Notes under the pieces: generated by a model
Seen by the model: the letters and a program-made list of their open reading frames with translations, nothing else
Database searches by the model: none
Told to the model about the DNA's origin: nothing
In this document: one piece after another, positions 55,714-64,000 of the stretch
Layout: the number at the start of each line of letters is the position of its first letter
Numbering within the stretch: the first letter of the stretch is position 1
Assembly (NCBI GenBank): GCA_003635255.1
Contig: PYJC01000170.1
Coordinates: 2,500-66,499 of the forward strand
Direction: 5' to 3'
Length of the DNA: 64,000 nucleotides
Source: Candidatus Poribacteria bacterium
Lineage (GTDB): Bacteria > Poribacteria > WGA-4E > WGA-3G
Program-made: the position numbers and the translations under genes

Positions 55714-56375
55714 TATTGTGTTTTACCATCCCGTTTTTCTATTTTTTCTTTATCTTTTTCAGGAAGATTATCGTAGTGTTCTTGAATTTGGTTAGGTTGT
55801 GTAATCAAGACAATAGTAATCATATTGATTAGGGTAAAAAGTGCTTGAACATCGGTAGTATCGTCAAATATGATCTCACCAGGGTGGACAGCATGATTGC
55901 CTGTCACTCGAACAATATCAAGTGCTTGCTGAATTTGCTGACTAATACCTTCTTTTACAAGATTCTTTATATTGGTATTGAGATCCCCGGTCCTACCGCA
56001 ATGTTCAAGAAGCATCTCTATAGCTAATCTCAACAAAGCACAAGCGGCACGCGGAGATTGCTCCGCTATAGTATCGGCTTCGTCATAAACTTGTTTTATA
56101 TCCTCCGGTAAATCACTATTGGCTGGCGGAGCTGTGCGCGGGGCAGGATAGATAATATTTTCAGCCAGCCAAAATGTTTTCTCCTTACAGTGTAAACAAA
56201 TAGAGATTTCTACTTCTCCTTGCTCAAGAGAAATTGGACCATCTGGTGTATACGTCCTTTCTGTATCACTTTTATTATATTCGGATATGTGATTCCAACT
56301 TTGATGGGCATAAACATCGCAATACGGACAATTAAATGTACCACTTCTATGTTTAGGTGGGTAATATTTGGACAT
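55713..56375 (-). CDS. DUF4145-like protein embedded between hsdM and hsdS
   Basis: 220 aa; N-terminal C-x2-C...C-x2-C; a typical genomic position for DUF4145. Confidence 0.5.
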   Translation of the reverse strand: MSKYYPPKHRSGTFNCPYCDVYAHQSWNHISEYNKSDTERTYTPDGPISLEQGEVEISICLHCKEKTFWLAENIIYPAPRTAPPANSDLPEDIKQVYDEADTIAEQSPRAACALLRLAIEMLLEHCGRTGDLNTNIKNLVKEGISQQIQQALDIVRVTGNHAVHPGEIIFDDTTDVQALFTLINMITIVLITQPNQIQEHYDNLPEKDKEKIEKRDGKTQ

Positions 56376-56378
56376 GTT

Positions 56379-58460
56379 TTATCTCCAAAAACTTAAGTTT
56401 TCACTTTTTGCCCATTCAATAAAGGCTTCCGCAATCCCGTCAGGGAGCTCCTCATTGTGGTTATGTAGATCGTGATCAACAATCAGGTGCCCGTTTTTGT
56501 CCAGTTTGTGCTGCCCATCACTATTTTCAAGAAAAATATAATCGCCAGAACTATCCTTACCACCCTTCTCACTCACTGCCAAAAAGACGGAGTAGTTGTC
56601 AACTTTTCGACAGAGGGGCCCCACGCTTGGATCATCGTTCCATTTTTGCACAAACAGAACGCTCGTTTTCGTGCCGGTATGCGGTTTGAAGGTATTCCCG
56701 TGCAAACTGACGATAGCCAAAATACGGGCACGTTCCGCGATAAATTCACGGACGTATTGGTCAGATGTGTTGTTAAATCTGCCTTGCGGTAGCACAATCG
56801 CCATGCGCCCCCCGGGTTTGAGGAAATCAAGATTGCGTTCAATGAACAGAATATCGCGCCCGACTTTGGTGTGTGCTTTGCCGTTCTGCTTAAAGGTGAG
56901 ATTGTATTGATGGAGGATACGGCTCTCCTTGATGTCCCCGGCAAAAGGTGGATTCGCCATCAGAATATCAAAACCGAATGATTTGTTCTCGTTTTGTTCC
57001 ATCCTTAACGCTTTAAGGCGATCAAAACCGTCGCCATAAGTGCGTACCCATCTGTTATTTCTCTCTGTACTGTCTTCCCACCGCTCATAGTCCAGTGTGT
57101 TGAGGTGCAAGACATTCGTTTCACCGTCTCCTGCGATCAGATTGAGGGTTCTCGCTACCCGAACGGTCTTTTCGTCGAAATCGATTCCAAACACCTTGAG
57201 GACGTGTTCTTTGTCTTCTGCTGGGATTGCCGCATTCGTGAAAAGTGTCCCTGTCAGTTTGAAAATGGTATGCACCGGAAAGCCGCAGCTCCCCGCGGCG
57301 GTGTCAATCATATATTCCCCTGGCTGCGGATTGAGCATCTTGACACACATATCTATGACGTGGCGTGGTGTGAAGTATTGCCCCTTTTCGCCTTTCGCAG
57401 ATTTGCTCACCAGATATTCAAATGCTTCATCAACAACTTGTAAATTGGAGTTGAACAACTTTATATCCTGCAAACTTGAAACGCAGACTGCGAGGTGGCT
57501 GTCAGAGAGTTCAAACGTTGAATGTTCCGGAAAAACGTCTCTCCACTGGTCTCTTGCCTCGTCAAACAGTCGCTGAATTTTAGTTTTGAGTTCGGTATCG
57601 GTTTGACCCGTGTTTCTAAATGCCATGACTCGAAATCCATCATCCGAAATATCTTCCGCTCTCAGTCGAATAATATCATAATCCGATTCATAGGTTACGC
57701 CGGTTCTGTGTTCCTTGTGGGTATTTTGTGTCTGACGAACAAAATAATCAATAATTCCTTTGTCTTTATAACTGAGTGCTTCATCATAGAGTTTAGTAAA
57801 GATGAGTTTGAAGACTTCTTCAAAGACATCTACGCCTGCATTAGCGAGTACCTCATCCTCTAATTCCAAAATAATGTCTTTTAAGGATTTCCGTTCTGTA
57901 ACGAGTTTGTCCTTAAGTATGAGGTCCTTAAGGGTAAAACGTTCGCTGAGGATATCCGCCAAAGTCTGATCAGCGTTAGGAATATCGGTAATATCTTCAA
58001 AGTAGTTCGGATCTCTCCGGTGGTAGTGCGAAATCTGTTGTCCGTTTGTCCATACAGCAATGGGCGCGCCAGTGGCGTTGCAGTAGGAACGGAGTTGTGC
58101 CTTGCCATCTTGGAGTTTCGGCTTTTTGACTTCAACGATAATATAGGGGGTATCGGCTCTGTCTTTGTCAAGGATAACAATGTCAGCGCGTTTCTTTTCC
58201 CTACCAAAGTTGACGAGGTGTTCAAACCGGACACGTTCTCGCGGATAGTGGTATCGCTTCAGGAGCCGTGCAGCGTAAAGTTGACGGATGAGTTCTTCGG
58301 GTTTTAGCTGGACTGGTTTTTTGCGGATCGCGCAGTAGGTGAAGGGTTTTTCGGTGCCTTCTATCTTTTGGCGTAGGTCTTGGATTTCGGATTCGTCGAA
58401 CAGGTCGAGGTGGTAGTTGCTGTCTCTGAGTATCGTTTGGATGATGTCCGGTTGGGTCAT
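56379..58460 (-). CDS. hsdM: Type I restriction-modification N6-adenine DNA methyltransferase subunit
   Basis: Motif I IDTAAGSCGF and motif IV ILMANPPFAG; GGAG RBS before the ATG at 58460. Confidence 0.85.
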   Translation of the reverse strand: MTQPDIIQTILRDSNYHLDLFDESEIQDLRQKIEGTEKPFTYCAIRKKPVQLKPEELIRQLYAARLLKRYHYPRERVRFEHLVNFGREKKRADIVILDKDRADTPYIIVEVKKPKLQDGKAQLRSYCNATGAPIAVWTNGQQISHYHRRDPNYFEDITDIPNADQTLADILSERFTLKDLILKDKLVTERKSLKDIILELEDEVLANAGVDVFEEVFKLIFTKLYDEALSYKDKGIIDYFVRQTQNTHKEHRTGVTYESDYDIIRLRAEDISDDGFRVMAFRNTGQTDTELKTKIQRLFDEARDQWRDVFPEHSTFELSDSHLAVCVSSLQDIKLFNSNLQVVDEAFEYLVSKSAKGEKGQYFTPRHVIDMCVKMLNPQPGEYMIDTAAGSCGFPVHTIFKLTGTLFTNAAIPAEDKEHVLKVFGIDFDEKTVRVARTLNLIAGDGETNVLHLNTLDYERWEDSTERNNRWVRTYGDGFDRLKALRMEQNENKSFGFDILMANPPFAGDIKESRILHQYNLTFKQNGKAHTKVGRDILFIERNLDFLKPGGRMAIVLPQGRFNNTSDQYVREFIAERARILAIVSLHGNTFKPHTGTKTSVLFVQKWNDDPSVGPLCRKVDNYSVFLAVSEKGGKDSSGDYIFLENSDGQHKLDKNGHLIVDHDLHNHNEELPDGIAEAFIEWAKSENLSFWR

Positions 58461-58640
58461 AGGTTTCTCCATTGTGTTTTTTGGATGGAATTTTACCATG
58501 AAGTAGAGAAGTTGTCAAAGAAAATTTTAATGAAATAAGTTTGATTTCTACTTGCTTATATGTCATACTATAATTAATCTTTGTTATAAGATTTCAACAC
58601 GTCGTGAGAAGTGATCCTTCCGCGGATAGGAGGTAATATT

Positions 58641-59585
58641 ATGCCTGCCAAAAGACACCATTTTTTACCACAATTCTACTTACGCGGTTTCTTAAAACAC
58701 AATAGAAATCAACTGACTGTAATTAAAATGGACAACGGAGATTTTTTTAAAACCGACACCAAAAACGTAGGACTTGAAACAGATTGGAATCGAGTGGGTG
58801 ACGACAGATCTTCCACAGAAGAGCATTTTGCAAAAATAGACGGTCAAACTTCGCGACTATTGAGCAAAATAGATCATGATGAAACACTGCCAACAGATGT
58901 AGATGATATATCTTTGCTATTCTATTTTATTGCAAGATTATCTGTTCATAATCCTTCTCTAAGAGATCGTCTGCGAAAAGATAGGATAAACCATTTAAAA
59001 CATGTCGGCAGATGGCAAACTTCAAGCCCCGGTATTTATTATGAGGCTAACAAGGATAAAGATATAGATAAATTGGCACCATACGAACGCGTGAAAAAAG
59101 CGGTAGAGAATTTAGTAGATGGCAAATATAAAATTAGTTTTGGACACGGTTATTTTCTTCAGCATGAAACCAAATTTATAGAACAAGATCTAATTCCTAT
59201 ATTTTGTGACTTACACTGGTCGCTTTTAATAGCGAAAGATCCGACAGAAAGTTTTGTATGCTCAGATCATCCTGTTTTCATGAATACAGGGCTTACTGAA
59301 CTCTCTGGAGAAACAGAATTAATTCCCAGCGTAGCATTTTCACTACCTTTGAACCGACGGATATGCTTGTATGCTCATAGTATCGGTTTTTTGCCCGAAA
59401 TCTACTATATTTCTAAAGAAAATTGGATGGGTAATTCAATGTTAAGTGTCCCTCATCTTAATAGCAGAACAATATATAGGGCAAAACGCCATGTATATGC
59501 TGGAGACTTAAATTGGGAAATTGCAACGGCGAGCGGAGAAAAGAGAAATGCTAATTCTCTGATTGGTAAAAGATTAAGGATATAG
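58641..59585 (+). CDS. DUF4238 protein (defense-island-associated, Abi-like)
   Basis: AGGAGG RBS; hallmark N-terminal HHFLPQFYLRGF. Confidence 0.65.
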   Translation: MPAKRHHFLPQFYLRGFLKHNRNQLTVIKMDNGDFFKTDTKNVGLETDWNRVGDDRSSTEEHFAKIDGQTSRLLSKIDHDETLPTDVDDISLLFYFIARLSVHNPSLRDRLRKDRINHLKHVGRWQTSSPGIYYEANKDKDIDKLAPYERVKKAVENLVDGKYKISFGHGYFLQHETKFIEQDLIPIFCDLHWSLLIAKDPTESFVCSDHPVFMNTGLTELSGETELIPSVAFSLPLNRRICLYAHSIGFLPEIYYISKENWMGNSMLSVPHLNSRTIYRAKRHVYAGDLNWEIATASGEKRNANSLIGKRLRI

Positions 59586-59940
59586 TAGATACTTGGTATA
59601 AACAGTATCACTTTGAAGACAATTCTTTGAAAAACTTAGCACTTGATACAGTTCGCTCTTAGGTTGCTATGAAAGTGTGTACGGCACGCGGTGCATGCCT
59701 ACTACTTTTGATTTAGTTCCGGTTTGCTATGTTTGATATGCGTTGGGATTTCTTTTTGACTTGACCGGTGAGGGTTTTGGCGGTGGTTGTGAGCTGCTTT
59801 ACGTCTTCAGCGGTGATTTCAATTCCCGAAAAGTTTCCTTTCAAAAAATGGCTCTGCCTGACAATCAGATTTCGCTTGTCTTAATTCCGAAAAATCGCTA
59901 TAATTTCTGCTAAATTCTCCATTAGACGGAAAGGAATCCA

Positions 59941-60696
59941 ATGTCTAACGAATACCGCTCCGTGCGAATTAAGGACCTGCCCGAAAATGAACGCCCGCGG
60001 GAAAGGCTTCATAAACACGGGCCAGAGATTCTCAAGGACTCAGAATTATTAGCGATCATTCTCAAGAGTGGTTTCAAAGGAACAACTGCCATTCAACTCG
60101 GTGAACAGATCCTGATAGCACTTGAAGGCGATCTCAAACGGATGGCTGATTACAAATCCAAGCAATTTGAAAAGATCAAAGGTGTCGGCGAAGCGAAAGC
60201 CGCACAGATCGTCGCAGCGTTTGAACTCGGAAAACGACTGGCACGGTTCCACGCCGACCGAGATAAGATTACCTCACCCAGCGATGTCGCCGACTTGATG
60301 ATGTCCAAAATGCGTTATCTACATAAAGAAATCGTTTGCGTCCTATGCCTCGACACCAAGGGCGGGGTCACAACCAAGGGCCTCGGCGGAGACGCTGAAG
60401 CTTTGGAGGCACTAACTTGGGGAAAAAGGTTAGGAGAAGAAACCGTCTTTGAAGGCACACTCAACGCCAGCGTCTTCCACCCACGCGAAATTTTTCGATT
60501 CGCCATCGAAGAATCCGCAAATTCAATCGTCCTTGTTCACAACCATCCATCCGGCGATCCACAGCCGAGTCAGGAAGACATTCGCGCAACAAAACAATTG
60601 ATTGAGGCTGGAAACCAAATCGGGATTAAAGTATTGGATCACATCGTCATCGGTGACGGAATCTTCGTCAGTCTAAAGGAAGAGGGATTCATTTGA
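59941..60696 (+). CDS. radC: RadC-like JAB/MPN domain protein (UPF0758)
   Basis: HhH N-terminus; JAMM motif HNHPSGDPQPSQED. Confidence 0.85.
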   Translation: MSNEYRSVRIKDLPENERPRERLHKHGPEILKDSELLAIILKSGFKGTTAIQLGEQILIALEGDLKRMADYKSKQFEKIKGVGEAKAAQIVAAFELGKRLARFHADRDKITSPSDVADLMMSKMRYLHKEIVCVLCLDTKGGVTTKGLGGDAEALEALTWGKRLGEETVFEGTLNASVFHPREIFRFAIEESANSIVLVHNHPSGDPQPSQEDIRATKQLIEAGNQIGIKVLDHIVIGDGIFVSLKEEGFI

Positions 60697-61441
60697 AGGG
60701 TTCCTTTGCACCACGTTGCCGAAGTACCTCATATAGCAGGACACCCGCCGCAACTGAAACGTTGAGCGACTCAATGTTTCCTAACATCGGCAGATGCACG
60801 AGATAGTCACATTTTTCTTTCACGAGCCGTCGGATGCCTTCCCCTTCGCTCCCTAATACGAGACACAACGGAATGTTAAAATCCGCATCGGTGTACAGAC
60901 ACGGGGCATCTCCAGTAGTACCAGCGACCCAGATACCAGCCTTTTTAAGAGCGTCTATGGTCCGAGCAAGGTTCGTGACTTTAACGATAGGAATATAGGC
61001 AGATGCACCCGCTGACGCTTTATGAACAGCAGTAGTAATCCCGACAGCACTGTTCTTTGGAATGATAACAGCATCGGCGTTCGCAGCATCAGCAGTCCGG
61101 AGAATTGCCCCAAGATTTCTGGGGTCCTGAACACCATCTAACATGATTAACAGTGCGTTGTGTTCACTACACTGTATTTTCGCGAGTATTGACGACAGGT
61201 CCGTATAATGCGGAGACCTGATAACGGCAATAACACCTTGGTGTGGAACGGAGGGTTCAAGTCTATCTAATTCGCGGCGTGTGCAGTGTTTTATAGGGAT
61301 GCCTGCCCGTTCTCCCATAGTGATAATTTCGCGGATACGCGAGTGTGTACTCCCTTCAGCGATACAGATATTTTCTACATCCTGAGACGCACGCCGTAGC
61401 CGTTCTATCACTGGATTCCTGCCAACGATGTATTCAGACAT
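60689..61441 (-). CDS. rlmB: SpoU/TrmH-family RNA 2'-O-methyltransferase (RlmB-like)
   Basis: SPOUT motifs ...LDGVQDPRNLGAILRTA... and LVLGSEGEGI... Confidence 0.8.
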   Translation of the reverse strand: MSEYIVGRNPVIERLRRASQDVENICIAEGSTHSRIREIITMGERAGIPIKHCTRRELDRLEPSVPHQGVIAVIRSPHYTDLSSILAKIQCSEHNALLIMLDGVQDPRNLGAILRTADAANADAVIIPKNSAVGITTAVHKASAGASAYIPIVKVTNLARTIDALKKAGIWVAGTTGDAPCLYTDADFNIPLCLVLGSEGEGIRRLVKEKCDYLVHLPMLGNIESLNVSVAAGVLLYEVLRQRGAKEPFK

Positions 61442-61484
61442 GTTAAATATAATAGGGCGGATAAAGATATCCCCCCTTTTAAAG

Positions 61485-61724
61485 TTAACCACCACGGACG
61501 AATTTAATATCAGGTCCACGCGGCGTGATCTTGATGTCCTCATCCGCCTCTTGGCATTGGACACAAGTGATGTCGCCAACGTTTGCGGTTTCCATCCGCG
61601 GCGCGAGTTTGCCTAATTTAAATACAAATCCCAAAATGTCATCTGCCGGGATTTTCCTATCACACGCGCCGCAAGGGACCGCTTCCCCCGACTTGACTTT
61701 CGCTAATAGTTCTGAAGCCTTCAT
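61485..61724 (-). CDS. Small zinc-ribbon protein (hypothetical)
   Basis: 79 aa; CGAC...(about 40 aa)...CVQC; GGAAGGGG RBS. Confidence 0.35.
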   Translation of the reverse strand: MKASELLAKVKSGEAVPCGACDRKIPADDILGFVFKLGKLAPRMETANVGDITCVQCQEADEDIKITPRGPDIKFVRGG

Positions 61725-61760
61725 AATCAGTCCCCTTCCGTTTCAAAGTAACTGAATTGT

Positions 61761-63626
61761 CTATAGGAAGTAACGTTCCTTCTGCTTATCCAATTCGTAT
61801 TCCTTGTACGCCTCTTGTGCGGAGTCCACTTCAGAGACTTCGGCGATAGGCACATCCCACCAAGATTCGTAGCGCGGAACCCCTTCGTAGTAGTCTACAT
61901 CAATCTTTACAACGGTTGTGTGTTCCGCTTCGCGTGCCTCATGCAAGGCAGCTTTCAGACTTTGCAACGTTGTCGCTTCAATCACTTTAGCACCGAGACT
62001 CGCGGCATTCGCTGCAAGATCCACCGGTAAAAAATCGCCTGAGAGTTCGCCGGTTTCTTCTTCACGGTAGCGGAAACGGGTAGCAAACCCTTGTGCACCC
62101 GTTGCTCGCGATAACCCACCGATGCTACTATGCCCCTCATTATTGACAAGTACAATAATCAGTTTATAGCCTTCCTGGATCGATGTAATAATTTCCTGCG
62201 CTAACATCAGATATGAACCGTCACCTACCATAACATAGACATCACGACTCGGATCTGCCATTTTGATGCCTAACCCACCGGCGATTTCATATCCCATACA
62301 GGAGTAGCCGTATTCTAAGTGGTACTGCTTCGGATTACGCGTTCGCCATAACTTATGCAGATCACCCGGCATGCTGCCCGCGGCACAAACCATAACATCT
62401 TCAGGACGTGAGAATTCATTAACCACGCCGATAACTTCGCTCTGACTCGGCAAAGGACTATGACCGAGGTGGTAAAGTCGATCTACTTCTTCCTCCCATT
62501 CATTACGATATTTCTCAATCTGCGCAGCATAAGATGCATCAACGCGATAGTCGCCTACGGCGGTAGCAAGTTCCGCAAGCGTGACACGTGCGTCTGCAAC
62601 GAGCGGTAGCGCAGCGTGTTTATAAGCATCGAATTCAGCGACATTGATATTGATAAAACGGACATCAGGATTCTGGAAAGCAGTTTTGGAAGCAGTCGTG
62701 AAATCACTCAAGCGCGTCCCAATAGCAATAACCAAATCCGCCTCCCGCGCCGTTATATTCGCCCCGGGTGTACCGGTCGCGCCTATCGCGCCAAGATTCT
62801 GCGGATGATTATAGGGTAGCGACCCTTTACCGGCGAAAGTTTCACCGACAGGAATACCCGTCTGCTCCACAAATTCAGCGAGTTGCGCTGTGGCTTCGCT
62901 ATAGATAACACCACCACCGGCGATAATTAATGGGCTTTTGCTCTCACGAATCCATGCCGTCGCCCGATTCAACAGACCTGCGTCTGCACGAGGACGCGAT
63001 ATAGTATAGACCCGTTTCTCAAAAAGCTGTGAGGGATAATCATACGCCTCGGCTTGAACATCTTGAGGGAGTGCTAAAGTTACGGCACCCGTTTCCGCCT
63101 GAGATGTCAGCACCCGCATCGCCTCCGGCAACGCTGTGATGATCTGTTCTGGACGGTTAATGCGGTCCCAGTAGCGTGAAATCGGCTTGAAGCAATCGTT
63201 CACCGAATAATCTTGTGAATTCGGGGACTCCAGCTGCTGCAAAACCGGAGCGACTAAACGGGTCGAAAAGATGTCACCCGGTAGCAAGAGAACAGGTAAT
63301 CGATTAATTGTCGCGCCCGCTGCACCGGTAATCATGTTCGTCGCCCCTGGTCCGATAGAGGTCGTGCAAGCAAAGACACGCAAACGATTATTCATCTTCG
63401 CAAATGCAGCGGCAGTATGCACCATCGACTGTTCATTCCGGGTCTGATAGAAGCGAAAGGTATCAGAATACTGGTGCAACGCTTGCCCAATCCCGGCAAC
63501 ATTGCCATGACCAAAGATGCCGAACATCCCAGCGAAAAATTGAATCTCGTTCCCGTCTCTTTCAACGTATTGTTGTCGAAGAAATTGAACGATGGCTTGT
63601 CCCATCGTAAGTTTTTGTGTTTGCAT
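61761..63626 (-). CDS. iolD: Thiamine-diphosphate enzyme, 3D-(3,5/4)-trihydroxycyclohexane-1,2-dione hydrolase
   Basis: GGAGG RBS; N-terminus MGQAIVQFLRQQYVERDGNEIQFFAGMFGIFGHGNVAGIGQAL is IolD-like; TPP-binding GDGS region. Confidence 0.7.
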   Translation of the reverse strand: MQTQKLTMGQAIVQFLRQQYVERDGNEIQFFAGMFGIFGHGNVAGIGQALHQYSDTFRFYQTRNEQSMVHTAAAFAKMNNRLRVFACTTSIGPGATNMITGAAGATINRLPVLLLPGDIFSTRLVAPVLQQLESPNSQDYSVNDCFKPISRYWDRINRPEQIITALPEAMRVLTSQAETGAVTLALPQDVQAEAYDYPSQLFEKRVYTISRPRADAGLLNRATAWIRESKSPLIIAGGGVIYSEATAQLAEFVEQTGIPVGETFAGKGSLPYNHPQNLGAIGATGTPGANITAREADLVIAIGTRLSDFTTASKTAFQNPDVRFININVAEFDAYKHAALPLVADARVTLAELATAVGDYRVDASYAAQIEKYRNEWEEEVDRLYHLGHSPLPSQSEVIGVVNEFSRPEDVMVCAAGSMPGDLHKLWRTRNPKQYHLEYGYSCMGYEIAGGLGIKMADPSRDVYVMVGDGSYLMLAQEIITSIQEGYKLIIVLVNNEGHSSIGGLSRATGAQGFATRFRYREEETGELSGDFLPVDLAANAASLGAKVIEATTLQSLKAALHEAREAEHTTVVKIDVDYYEGVPRYESWWDVPIAEVSEVDSAQEAYKEYELDKQKERYFL

Positions 63627-63684
63627 AAAAATTAACCTCCAGGTCCCGTAGGTTCGATATCCCAAGAACAACGGATAATCGCGT

Positions 63685-64000
63685 TTACCAGCCGCCGCGT
63701 TCAGCGACAAATTCATCAACTTCGGGCATTGTTGGCATAAAGTTCGCACAACCGTGCCGTGTTACAACAATGGCACCCGTTGCATTGCCAAGACGTGCAG
63801 ATTTTTCCCAACCCCAACCGCTGAGATTACCGTAAATAAAACCACTCGCGAATGCATCTCCAGCACCGAGAGTATTGTAGACTTCAACGGGAAAAGGTGC
63901 TGCATGAATGACCTCATCACTCGCCAGATGGATGTCTGCCCCTTCAATGCCACGTTTCACTATTAATGCCGCTGGACCAGCACTTAAAAGCGTTTGAATA
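63685..64000 (-). CDS. iolC: PfkB-family sugar kinase, C-terminal part (5-dehydro-2-deoxygluconokinase-like); gene continues beyond the window
   Basis: GAGDAFASGF anion-hole motif; frame is open to the window edge. Confidence 0.6.
   Translation of the reverse strand, partial: IQTLLSAGPAALIVKRGIEGADIHLASDEVIHAAPFPVEVYNTLGAGDAFASGFIYGNLSGWGWEKSARLGNATGAIVVTRHGCANFMPTMPEVDEFVAERGGW

Noticed and set aside
60689-61579. Extended 296-aa version of the SpoU methyltransferase ORF
   Set aside because: The N-terminal 46 codons overlap the small zinc-ribbon gene and lack SPOUT similarity. The ATG at 61441 gives a canonical roughly 250-aa RlmB-like protein.
1-64000. CRISPR arrays, rRNA and tRNA genes
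   Set aside because: All intergenic regions were scanned for regularly spaced repeats and for tRNA T-arm (GTTCGAnTC) signatures and none were found. The only repeat arrays are the 77-bp x2, the 11-bp x3 and intragenic low-complexity repeats.

Overview
This 64-kb window looks like a chromosomal segment from an uncultivated Gram-negative bacterium. GC is about 50%, ribosome-binding sites are strong GGAGG-type, and many proteins carry lipoprotein or secretion signals. The phylum cannot be assigned from sequence alone. The content, read left to right, is as follows. (1) A small satellite bacterial-microcompartment (BMC) operon: a BMC-H shell protein, a PduL-type phosphotransacylase and an unknown protein whose N-terminus looks like an encapsulation peptide. 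(2) A cell-envelope block: a secreted Tyr-rich and Ser/Arg-rich protein behind a perfectly duplicated 77-bp promoter segment, a Wzz-like polysaccharide co-polymerase, a 1126-aa outer-membrane lipoprotein with acidic calcium-binding-like repeats, an ExbB fused to a carboxypeptidase-regulatory-like domain, and three ExbD paralogs; no TonB gene is visible. (3) The glutamate synthase large subunit and a gamma-glutamyltranspeptidase. (4) Defense island A at about 21-32 kb. On the plus strand it has a ParA-like ATPase, an Rx4H HEPN-like protein and a minimal GIY-YIG nuclease. On the minus strand it has an operon encoding a phospholipase-D-nuclease/SNF2-helicase fusion, a duplicated copy of the methyltransferase N-terminal domain, a HigB/HigA toxin-antitoxin pair, a 1051-aa gamma-class N6-adenine DNA methyltransferase and an AT-rich polytopic membrane protein. 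(5) Housekeeping genes: a LamG-domain protein, a sigma-70-family factor with an unusual Cys/His N-terminus, lpd, a metK-ahcY-pfkB methyl-cycle cluster and an unusually long rpsA. (6) A partner-switching stress module with four STAS anti-sigma-antagonist paralogs, an RsbW-like kinase, a receiver-PP2C phosphatase, a stand-alone receiver, a multi-PAS histidine kinase and a tandem Usp; an IS607-family element (tnpA plus tnpB) is inserted into it. (7) Defense island B: a NACHT STAND NTPase, type I restriction-modification hsdM-DUF4145-hsdS with no hsdR, DUF4238 and radC. (8) rlmB, iolD and a partial iolC. No rRNA, tRNA or CRISPR array was seen. The strongest candidates for an undescribed system are the helicase-nuclease/methyltransferase operon with its embedded toxin-antitoxin pair and duplicated methyltransferase N-domain, and the ParA-like/HEPN/GIY-YIG trio next to it.
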